Source: Trichosphaerium sp. ATCC 40318
Lineage: Eukaryota > Protista > Tubulinea
Assembly: GCA_038496445.1 (NCBI GenBank)
Contig: JALMLS010000577.1
Coordinates: 1-64,000 of the forward strand
Direction of reading: 5' to 3'
DNA: 64,000 bases
The notes below the pieces were generated by a model that was not told where the DNA came from, ran no database searches, and was given only the letters and a program-made list of their open reading frames with translations. Position 1 is the first letter of the stretch; each line of letters begins with the position of its first letter. The translations under genes were made by a program, and so were the position numbers. This document shows, piece after piece, positions 1 to 12,000 of the stretch.

Positions 1-1
1 T

Positions 2-1552
2 AGTGATGCCCCAACGACGTTACAACCAACGACAGCGTCACCAACGACTGTATCTCCAACATCAGCGCCACCAACGCAAATGCCATCAACTCTACCACCA
101 GTAACATCCCCACCTATGACGTTGTCTCCCACAACGTTACCACCAACGGAAGAGCCAACTGTAGCACCAACAGATCCTTCATCAGTAACAACACAAACGC
201 TGAAGACAAAGGAGAGGTTTATCTTTACGAGAAACGTGCTGCCAGAAGTTATACGTGTTTCAGATATTTTATCAAACGGACACATTGTTATTTTGACGTC
301 TGCCCAATGTAGCGTTTTTAGTATAGAAGGAACACTATCACTTGTTGCTCAGAATCACTTACAAATACTAAAGAATTACACAGGCGCCGTACCTGTTCGT
401 ATGGTGGCTTTAGCGTCTTCGAGGTTTCTTGTGTTTTTTAACTATCCTGGAGTTTTACAAGTTTTTGATGGAAGTTGTAACCCATTGACACCTCCTACTT
501 TAATTGAGGAAGACGGTACTTCCGTACAAACAACACCTAATCTACAGCTTGGTATACAGTATAATGGTAACGTTATAGTTCCTTTTGAGAAAGTTGTTGG
601 ACAAGATAAAAATAGCGAACAGGTTTTTTTTAAGATATTTAATGGATTGACACTTAACAGCATTACTGAGTCGATTCAAATTGGCGATGACGGTGATAAC
701 GAACTCAATACAGATGCTCATATAATAACACAGACTGATGATAGTTTCGTTATAGCATGGAATTGGAGAAACAAGACAGTAGAGGCTGAAAATCCTTCAA
801 GAGTTAAATTCTCCGTTTTTAACAAAAACGGACAAGAAATTATTCACAGACAATTGACGGCTTACAGCGAAACATCACCTGCCCTCGCTTTGACCCAAAC
901 AGGTTTTATGGTAGGCGAGATTAATGGAGAAGACTTGTTAGTTCTTAGATACTTCTCAAGCAAAGGAGAAGAGGACACTGCGGTTCCTGTTGTTGAACTA
1001 AAAATGTCACCTGCTTTCGGAAATCAAAAGGTTTTATCAACTCGCATCAGTGATGTATTGACATTATTCTACTATAAAGCTACAGGCTTTGATCATTATA
1101 ACGGATACTTAGTATCAGATTACGGAAGTAAGTCTCCTGAAATCGAGAAGATAATGGAAGGAGATTTTGATGAAGATGGACAAACAATACATCAAAAGTT
1201 TCGTAAAATATTCTCGATTTATGGACATGCACCTGGAAACAATGTTTTGGACGTCTTGTCAGTTGAATCCCTTTCAACCGCACCATCTGCCTTCTCTGTG
1301 GTCAATGTTACTCTCGCCCCAACATCAGTACCTAGTCAAATTCCTAGAATACCTACAGCTCAAGCTCCTTCAAGAAGCAAAGCACTTACAATTGCTTGGG
1401 GAGTTATTGGTGTTATTTCAGTATTGGCTTTTATTGCCGCTGTTCTGGCCTTTGTTATTTATTTAGTATACAAGAAATTTGGTAATCGTCAAGAAAGAAT
1501 ATACGTTTCAGCTCTTGGTGGTAACGAAGAATTACAAGACAGATTACTTTAA
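2..1552 (+). CDS. Single-pass surface protein (5' partial): Pro/Thr-rich stalk, beta-rich ectodomain, C-terminal TM helix
   Basis: Frame is open from position 2 (SDAPTTLQPTT...) through the 490-aa ORF; PTTLPP repeats; hydrophobic helix IAWGVIGVISVLAFIAAVLAFVIYLVY followed by KK; no introns in the visible part. Confidence 0.8.
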   Translation, partial: SDAPTTLQPTTASPTTVSPTSAPPTQMPSTLPPVTSPPMTLSPTTLPPTEEPTVAPTDPSSVTTQTLKTKERFIFTRNVLPEVIRVSDILSNGHIVILTSAQCSVFSIEGTLSLVAQNHLQILKNYTGAVPVRMVALASSRFLVFFNYPGVLQVFDGSCNPLTPPTLIEEDGTSVQTTPNLQLGIQYNGNVIVPFEKVVGQDKNSEQVFFKIFNGLTLNSITESIQIGDDGDNELNTDAHIITQTDDSFVIAWNWRNKTVEAENPSRVKFSVFNKNGQEIIHRQLTAYSETSPALALTQTGFMVGEINGEDLLVLRYFSSKGEEDTAVPVVELKMSPAFGNQKVLSTRISDVLTLFYYKATGFDHYNGYLVSDYGSKSPEIEKIMEGDFDEDGQTIHQKFRKIFSIYGHAPGNNVLDVLSVESLSTAPSAFSVVNVTLAPTSVPSQIPRIPTAQAPSRSKALTIAWGVIGVISVLAFIAAVLAFVIYLVYKKFGNRQERIYVSALGGNEELQDRLL

Positions 1553-1589
1553 AAACAAAAGTCAAAAAAAAAAACAAGAATAAACAAAA

Positions 1590-2508
1590 TTAACTGCTGC
1601 TGATAACAGTTTTGCCTGTACCCGTCTTTAGTCTGATTAAAACCATACGATTGTAAGCATTATACAAAGGATCCTTTATCATTGTTTAAAAGATACTGTG
1701 GAACACTTGTAGCTATTTACTTGCTTGTTCTGCTTGTTTATAGTTTAGTACGACGTAAAAGTTGGCCAAGAAAAAAGAGAGAAATGCAAGGCCACATCGA
1801 AGTTTATTAGGTCAGGTAAATTCATCTAATTTACGAGGTCATAAAGGTGGTCCTGAATTCTATGTTTGTTTTTTAGCATGAACTGACGATGCTTCACAAT
1901 TTTTAGAGTTGTTTCGTTTGATATCTTACCCCACTCTGGCAGTATCTTAGAAAGGTTTCTACTGGCCCACTTAATGTATCGTTCGTCGATATCATAGCTT
2001 ATGATTTCTAGAACAACAAGGAATTCTACAAAAGCAGTGAGTTTAAAAAAAAAACCCAAGGTGTGCAAATACCTATTTTTGGTGAGCTTGCTCGAATATA
2101 AGCCATCAGTACTTCCTCCATTTCCTTCATTTGATACTCGTGAACAAGTGGAAGTATTAAAACAACTAGATCATCGGTTACGGTTGTCCAGGGAGGATTC
2201 ATCGCTGCTATCAAAGCATGAACATTTTTATATTGTTTCTCCTAATGTATTAATCAAAATTCGTTTTTAACAACAACCTAAGGCCTTAAAAAACGTACCT
2301 TGAGTGTTATTTTCTTCGTTGTCCCCTCCTTCATTTCAGAAGATAACATGGCTCTAAACACTGGAGATGATTCAATCAATAATGATGATTGAACAAAAAT
2401 GCTTTTTCCCTCTACACAAATCTCTACAGGATAAGGAACTACAAAATCTCTGAGAGAACACGGTAGGGGTGTGGTAGTAGTAGATGAACTGTCTTCAGCT
2501 GTGGCCAT
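1590..2508 (-). CDS. BTB/POZ-domain protein (multi-exon)
   Basis: Exon 1 VEICVEGKSIFVQSSLLIESSPVFRAMLSSEMKEGTTKKITL is a typical BTB N-terminus; later exons follow GT-AG introns; 3' end approximate. Confidence 0.7.
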
Positions 2509-2911
2509 GATAATACAATTTCGTTAATAATCGATTTATAAAAAGGGTCAGTTCCGAGCAAAGGAACTGGGACTTAAATAACGTGCAGAATGGAATTGAC
2601 TACTTATTAGGTGAGAAATTTTCTCTGGAGATCGTCTCAAATTACAAGACTAAATTCAAGTTACCAGTCTTTTGTGTTTACATTGAATACAGACCTGTAT
2701 TTTTTAAAAAGTCCAGTATCTGGTGCTCGGAACTGCCCTCCAACTTTCTATTCGAACAAACTGGCAAAAATCTCAATTTATTAAACATAGAGAGTGTCAA
2801 GTATAGGGCTCCCCACCAACCTTCTAAAAGAGAGCGTAGAATGCCGTTAGTCTTTGGCTCAGTATCTTAGTAATGTCATAACCGAGACAACAATGCCAAC
2901 AACTGACAGTT

Positions 2912-3541
2912 TTAAATGATTTCGCCATAATGCTCATGCCACATTTTTTTGATATCTCCTTTATCATACGCAATCAACTTCACTACTCTTCCATCCTTAG
3001 CGAACTCTTTAGATTCTCCATCCGGCTTATCATCATCATACATAACACGTGTTCTTACTCCACCAGTAGTAAAATAAGTAGTTTGTACACCTTTCTTCTT
3101 ACCGAGGTTGTAAAAACACTCAAAACGCAATTGACCCGTGTTATGCCACATTCTCCATTCACCGTGCTTTTTACCCTTTTTATAGCTGAAACTAAGACGT
3201 ATCTGTCCATTATCATACCATTTAGAGTATGTACCGTCCTGTAGACCATTTTTATAGCTAGTTTCAGATAAAATAGTGCCTTCCTTATTGTACGACTTGA
3301 AACATCCGTTTTTCAGACCGTTTGTAAAGTTACCCTTCTCGCGCCTGTAAACACCATGTTCTGTGACAGATTTAACGATTTCGCCATGTTTTTGATATTT
3401 CTCGTTAAAATGCGTTGAAAAAGCAGTTTGACGGCATAGTAGAGGCCATTTAACGTATATTTTAAAGTCGTAGTCAAACATCATGTGGTATATCTCCATT
3501 GGTAATATTAAAGCAGCTGGTGCGTTCGTTTGCGTGGACAT
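2912..3541 (-). CDS. F-box-like + MORN-variant (YwqK-like) repeat protein, intronless
   Basis: N-terminal LILPMEIYHMMFDY...LLCRQ; repeats of Y/F-x-x-G-x-x-x-G-x-x-x-x-W/Y-x-x-x-G (e.g. YKNGLQDGTYSKWYDNGQ). Confidence 0.8.
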   Translation of the reverse strand: MSTQTNAPAALILPMEIYHMMFDYDFKIYVKWPLLCRQTAFSTHFNEKYQKHGEIVKSVTEHGVYRREKGNFTNGLKNGCFKSYNKEGTILSETSYKNGLQDGTYSKWYDNGQIRLSFSYKKGKKHGEWRMWHNTGQLRFECFYNLGKKKGVQTTYFTTGGVRTRVMYDDDKPDGESKEFAKDGRVVKLIAYDKGDIKKMWHEHYGEII

Positions 3542-3711
3542 AACGTTACGCTTGGTTTATTCTATTAAAATGGAGGAGGACAAGTCAGAGCACTAACTTA
3601 ACCATTCTGCTAATTTTAGTAAAACCTCACTCAATACAATCATATCATTTGGTGGAACTGCACATCAAGCTCACAGCTGAGAAGTTTATTATGTTCTTTT
3701 CCATATTGTAC

Positions 3712-4901
3712 TTACAAACCAAGACTCGCTATGAAGACAAGGCACACCAGAGTGCTGGACAAGATCAACTTTCTTGCCGATGATCGGCTTTTTGTTGGGG
3801 CAATAGTAGGTTGTGTTGGAGGTAGAGGTGTTAAAACAATCCCTGTAGGAGCTATGGTTGAGGGAGACAGAGTGGTTGGAGGCAGTGTGGTTGGAGGCAG
3901 CGTGGTTGGTGGCAGTGTGGTTGGAGGCAGAGTGGTTGGAGGCAGCGTGGTTGGAGGCAGTGTGGTTGGTGACAGCGTGGTTGGCGGCAGTGTGGTTGGT
4001 GGCAGTGTGGTTGGTGGCAGTGTGGTTGGTGGCGGTGTAGGTGGTGATGTAGTCGGTGGTAGTGTCGTCGGAGGTATTGTAGTTGGGAGTGGTGTTGTTG
4101 GCGGTGCTGTTGTTGGATTTGGCGTTGGCGGTACAGTTGTCGGTGGTGATGTAGTCGGTGGTAGTGTTGTTGGTGGTAATGTAGTCGGTGGTGGTATGTA
4201 TGAGAAAGCAACTGTAGTTGAACCAACAATCGTAGCTTGGGAAGGAACCGTAAAGCTTAAAAAACAAAAATTAGCTAATTACTGTTTTCCAAAAATAGCT
4301 AGAAAATTAACTCACGTGAACGATGTAGAATTGAATGATATGTCAGTTGGGGGGGTAGTCATATTAGATGATAAAAAAGTAAACGCTAAAACCGTGTTAG
4401 CAGCTAATGAAGTCGAAATTTAGAAAACTTCCAAGAAAAAGTTCTTTTTTGAAAATGAACTTCAAATTAGTGTTGCAATGGAAATATAGCCTATGGTTGT
4501 ACCTGTGACGACTGGTTGATCAAATACACAGGTCAAAACAATGTCACTTCCCGAAACCGTACTGGTTACAACTTGTATTGACAAAGTGAACCGCGTTAAC
4601 TCAATATTAACTATATACGTTTCACTTGTTTCTGTGCTTATATATTCTGCAGCTGTATCACTCACGTTGAAGTTTGGGTTGTTTGGTTCCACTGAGTTTG
4701 ATAGTAGATTAAATGTATTAGCTACAAACTCGCATGTGCCTGTATCACCCACACCTGATCAATATTTAGTTTTTGCGGCTTGTAGTTGCAACAAGTTAAT
4801 TGCTTTTCGTTTTCTCTGTTGTCAGCAAGCTGAACGTCATACTTACTTATTGAATATGCTATAGGGAGTAAGAAGCATATAAATACAAGGGCTTTAATCA
4901 T
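3712..4901 (-). CDS. Secreted, probably GPI-anchored mucin-like protein with (LPPTT)n repeats
   Basis: ATG at 4901 starts a signal peptide MIKALVFICFLLPY; introns follow; the last exon reads LPPTT repeats and ends in hydrophobic LILSSTLVCLVFIASLGL-stop. This frame is not in the ORF track. Confidence 0.7.
3870..4197 (-). repeat. 15-nt coding minisatellite (LPPTT-type units)
   Basis: Repeated GTGGTTGG(A/T/C)GGCAG(T/C) on the + strand, more diverged toward 4197. Confidence 0.9.
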
Positions 4902-5262
4902 AATGAAGGTTGTGATAAATAAACGTGAAGTATTTGAAAAAACTACAAAAAATATTCAGTATTTTTCTGTTGCAAACTACAAACATAATATCGTACTCTA
5001 CCCACAGTACATGCGTTAAAGAAATAGTTTATTTACGCTACCAACCGCTTGTTTAAGCTCTGCAGGCAAAGATAGAGACTTAACACCTGAAATAAGCTCA
5101 GTTTTCACTAACTTCGAGGTAAGACAGACGTAGTTGTAACGTGTCTATGAGTAGATATACTTACAGCCCCTCCTTTAAAATTACTAGACACTTCATTTTA
5201 GAGGTAATTGAGAACGATAGTTGTTTTGAGGGACTCAAATTATTTATTGTTTTTCAGCAGTT

Positions 5263-8200
5263 TCATCTGTTTTTAGCTATCTGAATATCATTCTTAACAT
5301 TCGTTAAGAGTCCATTCCAATCCAATGTTCTAGTACGTGCTAGAAGCTGTGGGCGATATTGAGATGTTGAAGATGCAGCATACCCTTCCCAACTCCTTTA
5401 CAAAGAAAAAAAAGTCACAAAAATGAGCACGTGGATGTTGAGAAAAAGCTTACTTTGCTGCACTTTCCAAAAGATTGACAGCTTGAGATTTAGCAGTGCT
5501 GTTTTTAGTCATCTAATTTTCTTGTGTTAGTCGCCTTCAGTAAAGATAAACAATAATGTTGTACGTCATAGAGATATAGTTGAACAGCTGCGGATATCTT
5601 ATCCGCATAGTATCTACCAACAAATCCCATTGCAGCAATATCAGTAATTGTTTCACTAAATCCAGGGTTAGTCGCAGATCAAAGGTTTTATGCTTACTTT
5701 AATTCTTGATTATTGATTGGACTTAATTTAGAAGTAAGGGTAGTTACAGCGCTTTCACAAGTTTCAGCAAATTCGTGTAAAGTCTTTGAGACTTCATCTA
5801 TTCGAGAAGTTTAATAAGTTTGTATCTCGTGTTGTTTTTTTACCTGGTGTAGTCCCTGAAGGTTTCTTGTGGTTTATAATATCTGACACCTAGTACATGA
5901 ATATATTTAGTACGGTAATATATTACCTACGATAATACGTAGTCATGGACATCAACAAGTCCAGAAGAATCCATTGTGGTACTCGAAATAAAATCATCTA
6001 TTGAAATAGTTAGAGTGGTTGAGTTTTGCTTTCAAGTTATGTCGTTAATTGTCGTGTACCAATATCACGGTATCCTCCTTTGACGTTCATACAACCCTTA
6101 CATAAATTAAGTTTAAATGATAAGCATTAAGACTATTGCAAATAACAAACCTCAACAGCCCACTCAAAATCCCAGTCTTGCCAGTGGAACTTTGTAACAA
6201 GAGGAAATATCATCGATGAAGTTTGCCAAGCCTGTACAATAAGTCATGAGATTAATATGTTACTCACATTTTAAAAAACAAGGAAAGATATCTCAAAGAA
6301 CCAATAATAAAAGCACTGTTGTACAATCTCACAACGTGTTGTGAAACCAAAACGAAAAAAAAAAAAGAACCTTTTGAAAATTTTTATAAACGTACCTTGT
6401 ACAATACTTGTGTTAATCCCACCTGTTTAACTACTGGAAACTTTGAATCCATTTCATCAGTCCAATAAGTTGACGTGGTATTTATATCATAGCCCATTTT
6501 TCCCCAGAGCATGAATTGGAACCTGGTTTATGTTTAGTTATTTTTTCTCGTGTGACATTCGTGCCATTGTTTCTTAACTTCTAATTGTCTTGGACTCTGT
6601 GGGTGTAGAGAAGCGCATTCGCGTGCCCATATATATCCATCAGAACCAAGATCGAAGCCAGTCGTTTTCTCAATAGGTAGATGAAGTAGAAATTGTTTAA
6701 CAAACTTAAGAAACAACTTATTAGTATTGAACCAAAAAAAGAACAAAAGATAAAAGGGTATCCCACTAATTTTAAAAATCATTGTGTATCACATTAATAG
6801 ATATGTAAAGCGATGGGAGAAAGAGCTAATCAGAAACGTGGATTTCTTGTAATCAGAAAAAAATACGAAACAAAAAAAAATCAAAATAATCAAATGATTC
6901 AAAATCCGTTTGAAACTTACGTCAGGATCTCCCCATCTGTATACAAATATACCATCATTACGAAGTGTCATCCATGTCTTGACTTTTGGATATTTATCCA
7001 ACTCTGGCTTTAATTTTTCCTACAGAAACAAAATTAGAAGTCATCATACAAATAACTTTTCAGAACTCCGAAATTTGTTTTTTTCTTTGTTTCTTACGCC
7101 GTAAAATGGAGGTGCTACGGATGAGTATACATGTGCATCTGAGTACTTCATACTTACTGTAAGTGGATCAGGATACTTATCGGCAAAGTCCTAAGCAAGA
7201 GTAAGAGTCAATAACTCAGTTTTGTTTCAGTTTTTTTCTGTTTTGGCTTACAGTCATAATATTATCGACTCCTCCTTCCCAAACACGGTTCATCCAAGAT
7301 ACGGTTCTATCAGGTTGTACTTTCTAAATTAGCAAGGTTAAATAAAACGTAATAATACAGAAGAAGCCTACCTTTGCATCTAAAATGCCTTCGCCGTATG
7401 TGTCCCAAATCCATTTCATTTTAGCATACTTATCTGTCCTAGCATGCATGCGTTCTCCAGGTGTTGTACCTTATGAAGATTAGTGCAAAGTAGTACGAAA
7501 AAAAACGGTGTTGTTTCTTTGATTATGTTTGAAAACACAAGAGTACCCAAGCCATAAAGATCAGGGTAAGTCAGCAATAATTGCTTAACACTTGCTCTTA
7601 GATAAGCGATTGTTTTTTCGCTTGTTTGATTTGCAGTAATTCCGTAGTGTCCTTCCGCAGCGTTCATGATTACATTCCATGTAATGAAGTAAACTTTAAC
7701 CTAAGAAAGATCGTTTAGTGTCACGTGATAACCATATGAATCGATTCTCAAATAAAACTTTTTGAATGGATTTAAGGATAGAACTTACTCCACGTTGTTT
7801 TGCGTAGCTCATAACGCTTTTCCAGAAAGTAATTTTCTCGGAGATAGATATCTTCTTTATTGTCTTGAGGTTATCCAATACATAGTTTGATACACCTTGT
7901 GGTTCACCCCACAAACCTGATTTGAAATAAATAAACGAAGATTTGAGTTTCTCTAATTTTTTTTTAGGGTACCTTGTTTGTATGTTGGAGGAATCTTACA
8001 CTGATCAATGTCATCTAGGGCAATGTCTGGATATTCATCTAGTTTTACCAAAGAAGGGAAAGGATGCGGTTGCCAAATCATTAAAGTATTAAAACGGTAG
8101 AGAGCAATAGTGTCAAGGTATTCAGTCCAGAAAGTCATGTCCCACATGGTCAAAATATTACTTTGAGCAGATAACCCTGTATCATCATACGAAGGTGTCC

Positions 8201-8923
8201 TGGCATCTTTCGTTCATATCAATGATTAATATTACTTAATGTTTAGTAACATACCCAGAGGTGCATTAAATTTGAGTCCTCGATTTTCCAGGTAAGGGTT
8301 GACAACTTTTGAAGAAACCTAGCCATTCGAGTAAAAGTGTGGACCAAGTATGCTAAGTAAGTACAGATTTCAGGTTTCCTTTGTGTCTGATTTGATCTGA
8401 GATATCGAACAGGCCGTACATACAACCTACGACGTCAATGCAATCAACTGTCTAAACACAACAACTGTTAACCTTTCGGGAAGACGGGTTTTTTTTTTTC
8501 AAAGATAAAGAAATAACGCACAACCACATGACCCGAGGTATTAATTCTAAAACCTTCCGATTTCAAACCTGTTGGGTTCTCTTTACACTTGATTCCATCT
8601 TTTTCTGGTGTACACGTGATACGAATCGACAAAAACGTTGACGAAAAATCGTTTGAGGGGTTTTTACTAACTTGTACGCCATACAATGACGTAGCCCTCT
8701 CTAAAACTTCGACGCCATACGTTAATTGTGGAACCACTTCATAAGTTACAGATAGAGAAGCCTAAATCGCTATTAACGATAGAAAAAGACGAGTTTTTCT
8801 TTTGGTTGTTATGGTTTTATTTTTCAAATGATATTTCAACTGATATTTCCGATTTACCTTTACTTCAGCGTGTACCGTCGCTACAACGAAAAAAATTAGA
8901 ATGTAATGATACTTGGCCAACAT
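5263..8923 (-). CDS. Secreted bacterial-like putative glycoside hydrolase / carbohydrate-active protein, many introns
   Basis: Signal peptide MLAKYHYILIFFVVATVHA; GH20/GH67-like N-domain motifs (LKSEGFRI, GCMYGL); RGLKFNAPLDARTPSYDDTG...WDMTFWTEYLD...WQPHPFPSLVKLDEYPDIALDD resembles an uncharacterised bacterial family (recalled, not searched). Confidence 0.65.
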
Positions 8924-9029
8924 TTAACGGTTGGGATGTGTTATCACTTTTGAACCTAACTTAAGTATCGTGAAGTCAACTAGACAACTAGTTGTCCTAT
9001 GTACACTCGTTTACATAGTTACTTGTGCA

Positions 9030-12000
9030 ATGGCTCTTAAACTGGCCGCTTATGTTGTTATATTCTTGGTGAGTACAACTGTTTTAGGTGTTGGTGTGGG
9101 TATCGATAAGAAGTTTCTTTCACTGGTATATTTAAACTAATCACGTGGTAAGAGACGTTACGGATACTGTTTTGCTATAACATCCTGTACAAGCACTATT
9201 GGTGTTGTATTTAGAAACAATAAAGGGCTGAATGGACAATATAATTGCTAGCAACTGGTTGTGCTACCAAATCTACAATGAACAAATTCCAAAGTTAGGT
9301 TGAGCAAAGGAAAACTGAATAGTTGCATAACTGCTTAACTTAACAAAGCACAACGCCAAGAGTAGCTTCACAGTCGAAAATCTAGTTACAGTACTAGAGA
9401 CTGTTTTTGATCCGAAAGGCGTTAAAATGGATAAATTACCTCCAGAAGTACTTCAACAGGTAACTAACGCTAGTTTGTACAAATTTATAACTTGTAAAGG
9501 TGTTTAAAGGCATTGAACCTCATATTCTTATATCGAGTTGCTCAGTACGTTTCTACGCTACCATTAAGGCTAGCGCATTACAAATAACAAGGTGTTAACT
9601 GACAAAAGGTCTGCAAAGAGTGGAACACGCTTATTTCAGCTCCATCGACGTGGAAAAAACCGCTAGTAACGTATCACTGTCTTTCTTTCGAAAAAGGTAA
9701 GCGATCAACCAAATTTAGTGAAAAGTATAAAATGTCCCAACCACAGGTAAAATGTCCCCACTTTTCAACACTTTTTTTGAACAAAAAATTGATGCTACGC
9801 TCTTAAAAAAAAATCTTTTTTATTCTGATTTTAACATGATGTGTCCATTTGCGTTGAGTACCAGTTACCAAAAGATCGCCCTCCTGTACATTCTTCTTCG
9901 TGCATTTCAACCATTTTTTTTCCATCAAATTCTTTTAAGCAGCATGGGCATGACCCATACTGATCACAGACTTCACACCACACCCACGTAGATCCTCCCC
10001 TCCATATGCGCTCGCCACATATCTGACAGGTCTCACATTCATTTTTGTACTTCTTCTTAGCAGTGGCAAGTTTTTTTTCCTGTTTTTTTTTTTCTTTTTT
10101 CTGTCTTGTCTCCTCTCTACGAACATTCTCCTCCTCAATTTTTTTTTGTTTAGCATCTCTCTTGAGTTGCCTTAGCTCTGCCTTGTGTTTAATTTCTTGT
10201 TCTTTATCTATCTTTTTTTTTTTTGCTAATTCAACCATTTGGGTAGCAATATAAGCATCCCCTTTTGGTACTGTCATTGAACCGATTGTTAGGGCATTTA
10301 CTTGATTGCTGTGGCTGTATAGCTCATCCATAGCGTTTTTGGCTTTTCTAGCAGTATCGGTGATGAAGGAAGGTGATTGTTTAGGTTGGACCCCTACATT
10401 TTTTGAAGCATGATTTAAGATCAACTTTCTGTTGTAGGGTATACAAATGGCTAATTTATTTCCAAATTAAGCGCAATCAATCTACATGTGTGGATTATTT
10501 ATCAAAACATTGTTGCATCTGAAGATTGATTTGGGTATTGGTGACAAATGGCTAATTTATTTCCAAATTAAGCACAATCAATCTACATGTGTGGATTATT
10601 TATCAAAACATTGTTGCATCTGAAGATTGATTTGGGTATTGTAGGGTATCTAAATGACTAATTTTTATCTAAATTGGGCGACTAAATCAATCTAGGAGTA
10701 TTGGTGACAAATAACTAATTTATTTCCAAATTAAGCACAATCAATCTACATGCGTGGATTATTTATCATAACATTTGATTGAATTTAGAGTATTGGTGAC
10801 AAAACGCTAATTTATTTCCTAATTAAGCGCAATCAATCTACATGTGTGGATTATTTATCAAAACATTCTCACATGTATTGATTGAATTTAGAGTATTGGC
10901 AACAAATAGCTAATTTATTTCCTAATTAAGCACAATCAATCTACATGCATGGATTATTAATCAAAACATTCTTGCATGTATTGATTGAATTTAGAGTATT
11001 GGCAACAAATAACTAATTTATATCTAAATTAGGACTATGTATGTCTAAATTAGGAACAATTGGGTTATTAGTTATCAAAACGTTGTCACATCTTTAGATT
11101 GATTTGAGTATTGGTGACAAAACACTAATATTTATCCTTATTAGGACAAGGTGTATAAGGGTACAATGCCCACGGACTTCCATGCCGATTTTAAGATTTT
11201 GGGAGACAGTGCTTTGGTCTCTGCAGCTGCAACAGCCATTATGTCATAACGTTGTGTTTTATGTTTGATCTCTGTGCCACTTTCAATTGTAATTTTCCTG
11301 TTTAATTTATATGCCTGAGCTAGGGTAGCAAATGGCTTGTCATCTAAGGGTTGCGTGAAATGTGAGGTATGAGGCACCCATGTGATAGTGTGTACATGTT
11401 GTTCAAGGCATTTTTGTAACGATTCTGTTTTAATGTGGCTGGCCAATCTATCAAGGAACAGGGCTGAAACTAAACAAGGCTTTGCCTTAAATATGAAGGC
11501 ATTTTTTTAAAATCAGGCATTGATGGCAAAAATCAGGCATGCAAAAATGGCAATGCCTGATTTTGCAAAGGCAATGGCAGAAAAGGCAAAAATCAGGCAT
11601 TGAAATAAGGCTTTGTTGGGCAATGCCTTAATTATTGCAATGCCTTGTTTTTTTTAGGCAATGCCTGCCCTAGTTTTTTTATGCATTGCCAGCCTTAAAT
11701 TTACAGGCACCAATTAGGCATTGGTTGTGTACACATTGTACATTAAGGATACATTGGTTTAAGGTAAGTCTCCACCACACCAACACTTCCTAAACATTTT
11801 TTCCATTTACTACTGACGTTTTATATAGACGACGTCACCACGCTCTTAGTATTTTATAGATTCTAACGAAACCACCGCCATTCGAACCGCAGCATCCAAA
11901 TTCACCTACAACAGGAGTATAGGTACTTTAAACCATTTTTCCAGTCCGCGAAAATTATACCAATAATTTGTTAATTTTTTTTTCTAGCTAAAGGTTTTTT

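Noticed and set aside
3689-4423. Long overlapping ORFs (VVGGS, NHTAS, QPHCH and WLEAV repeats)
   Set aside because: Shadow frames of a 15-nt stop-poor minisatellite; the LPPTT frame has the signal peptide, splice sites and hydrophobic tail.
10440-11157. CRISPR-like array
   Set aside because: Units are homologous along their whole length with no unique spacers; no cas genes; eukaryotic context.
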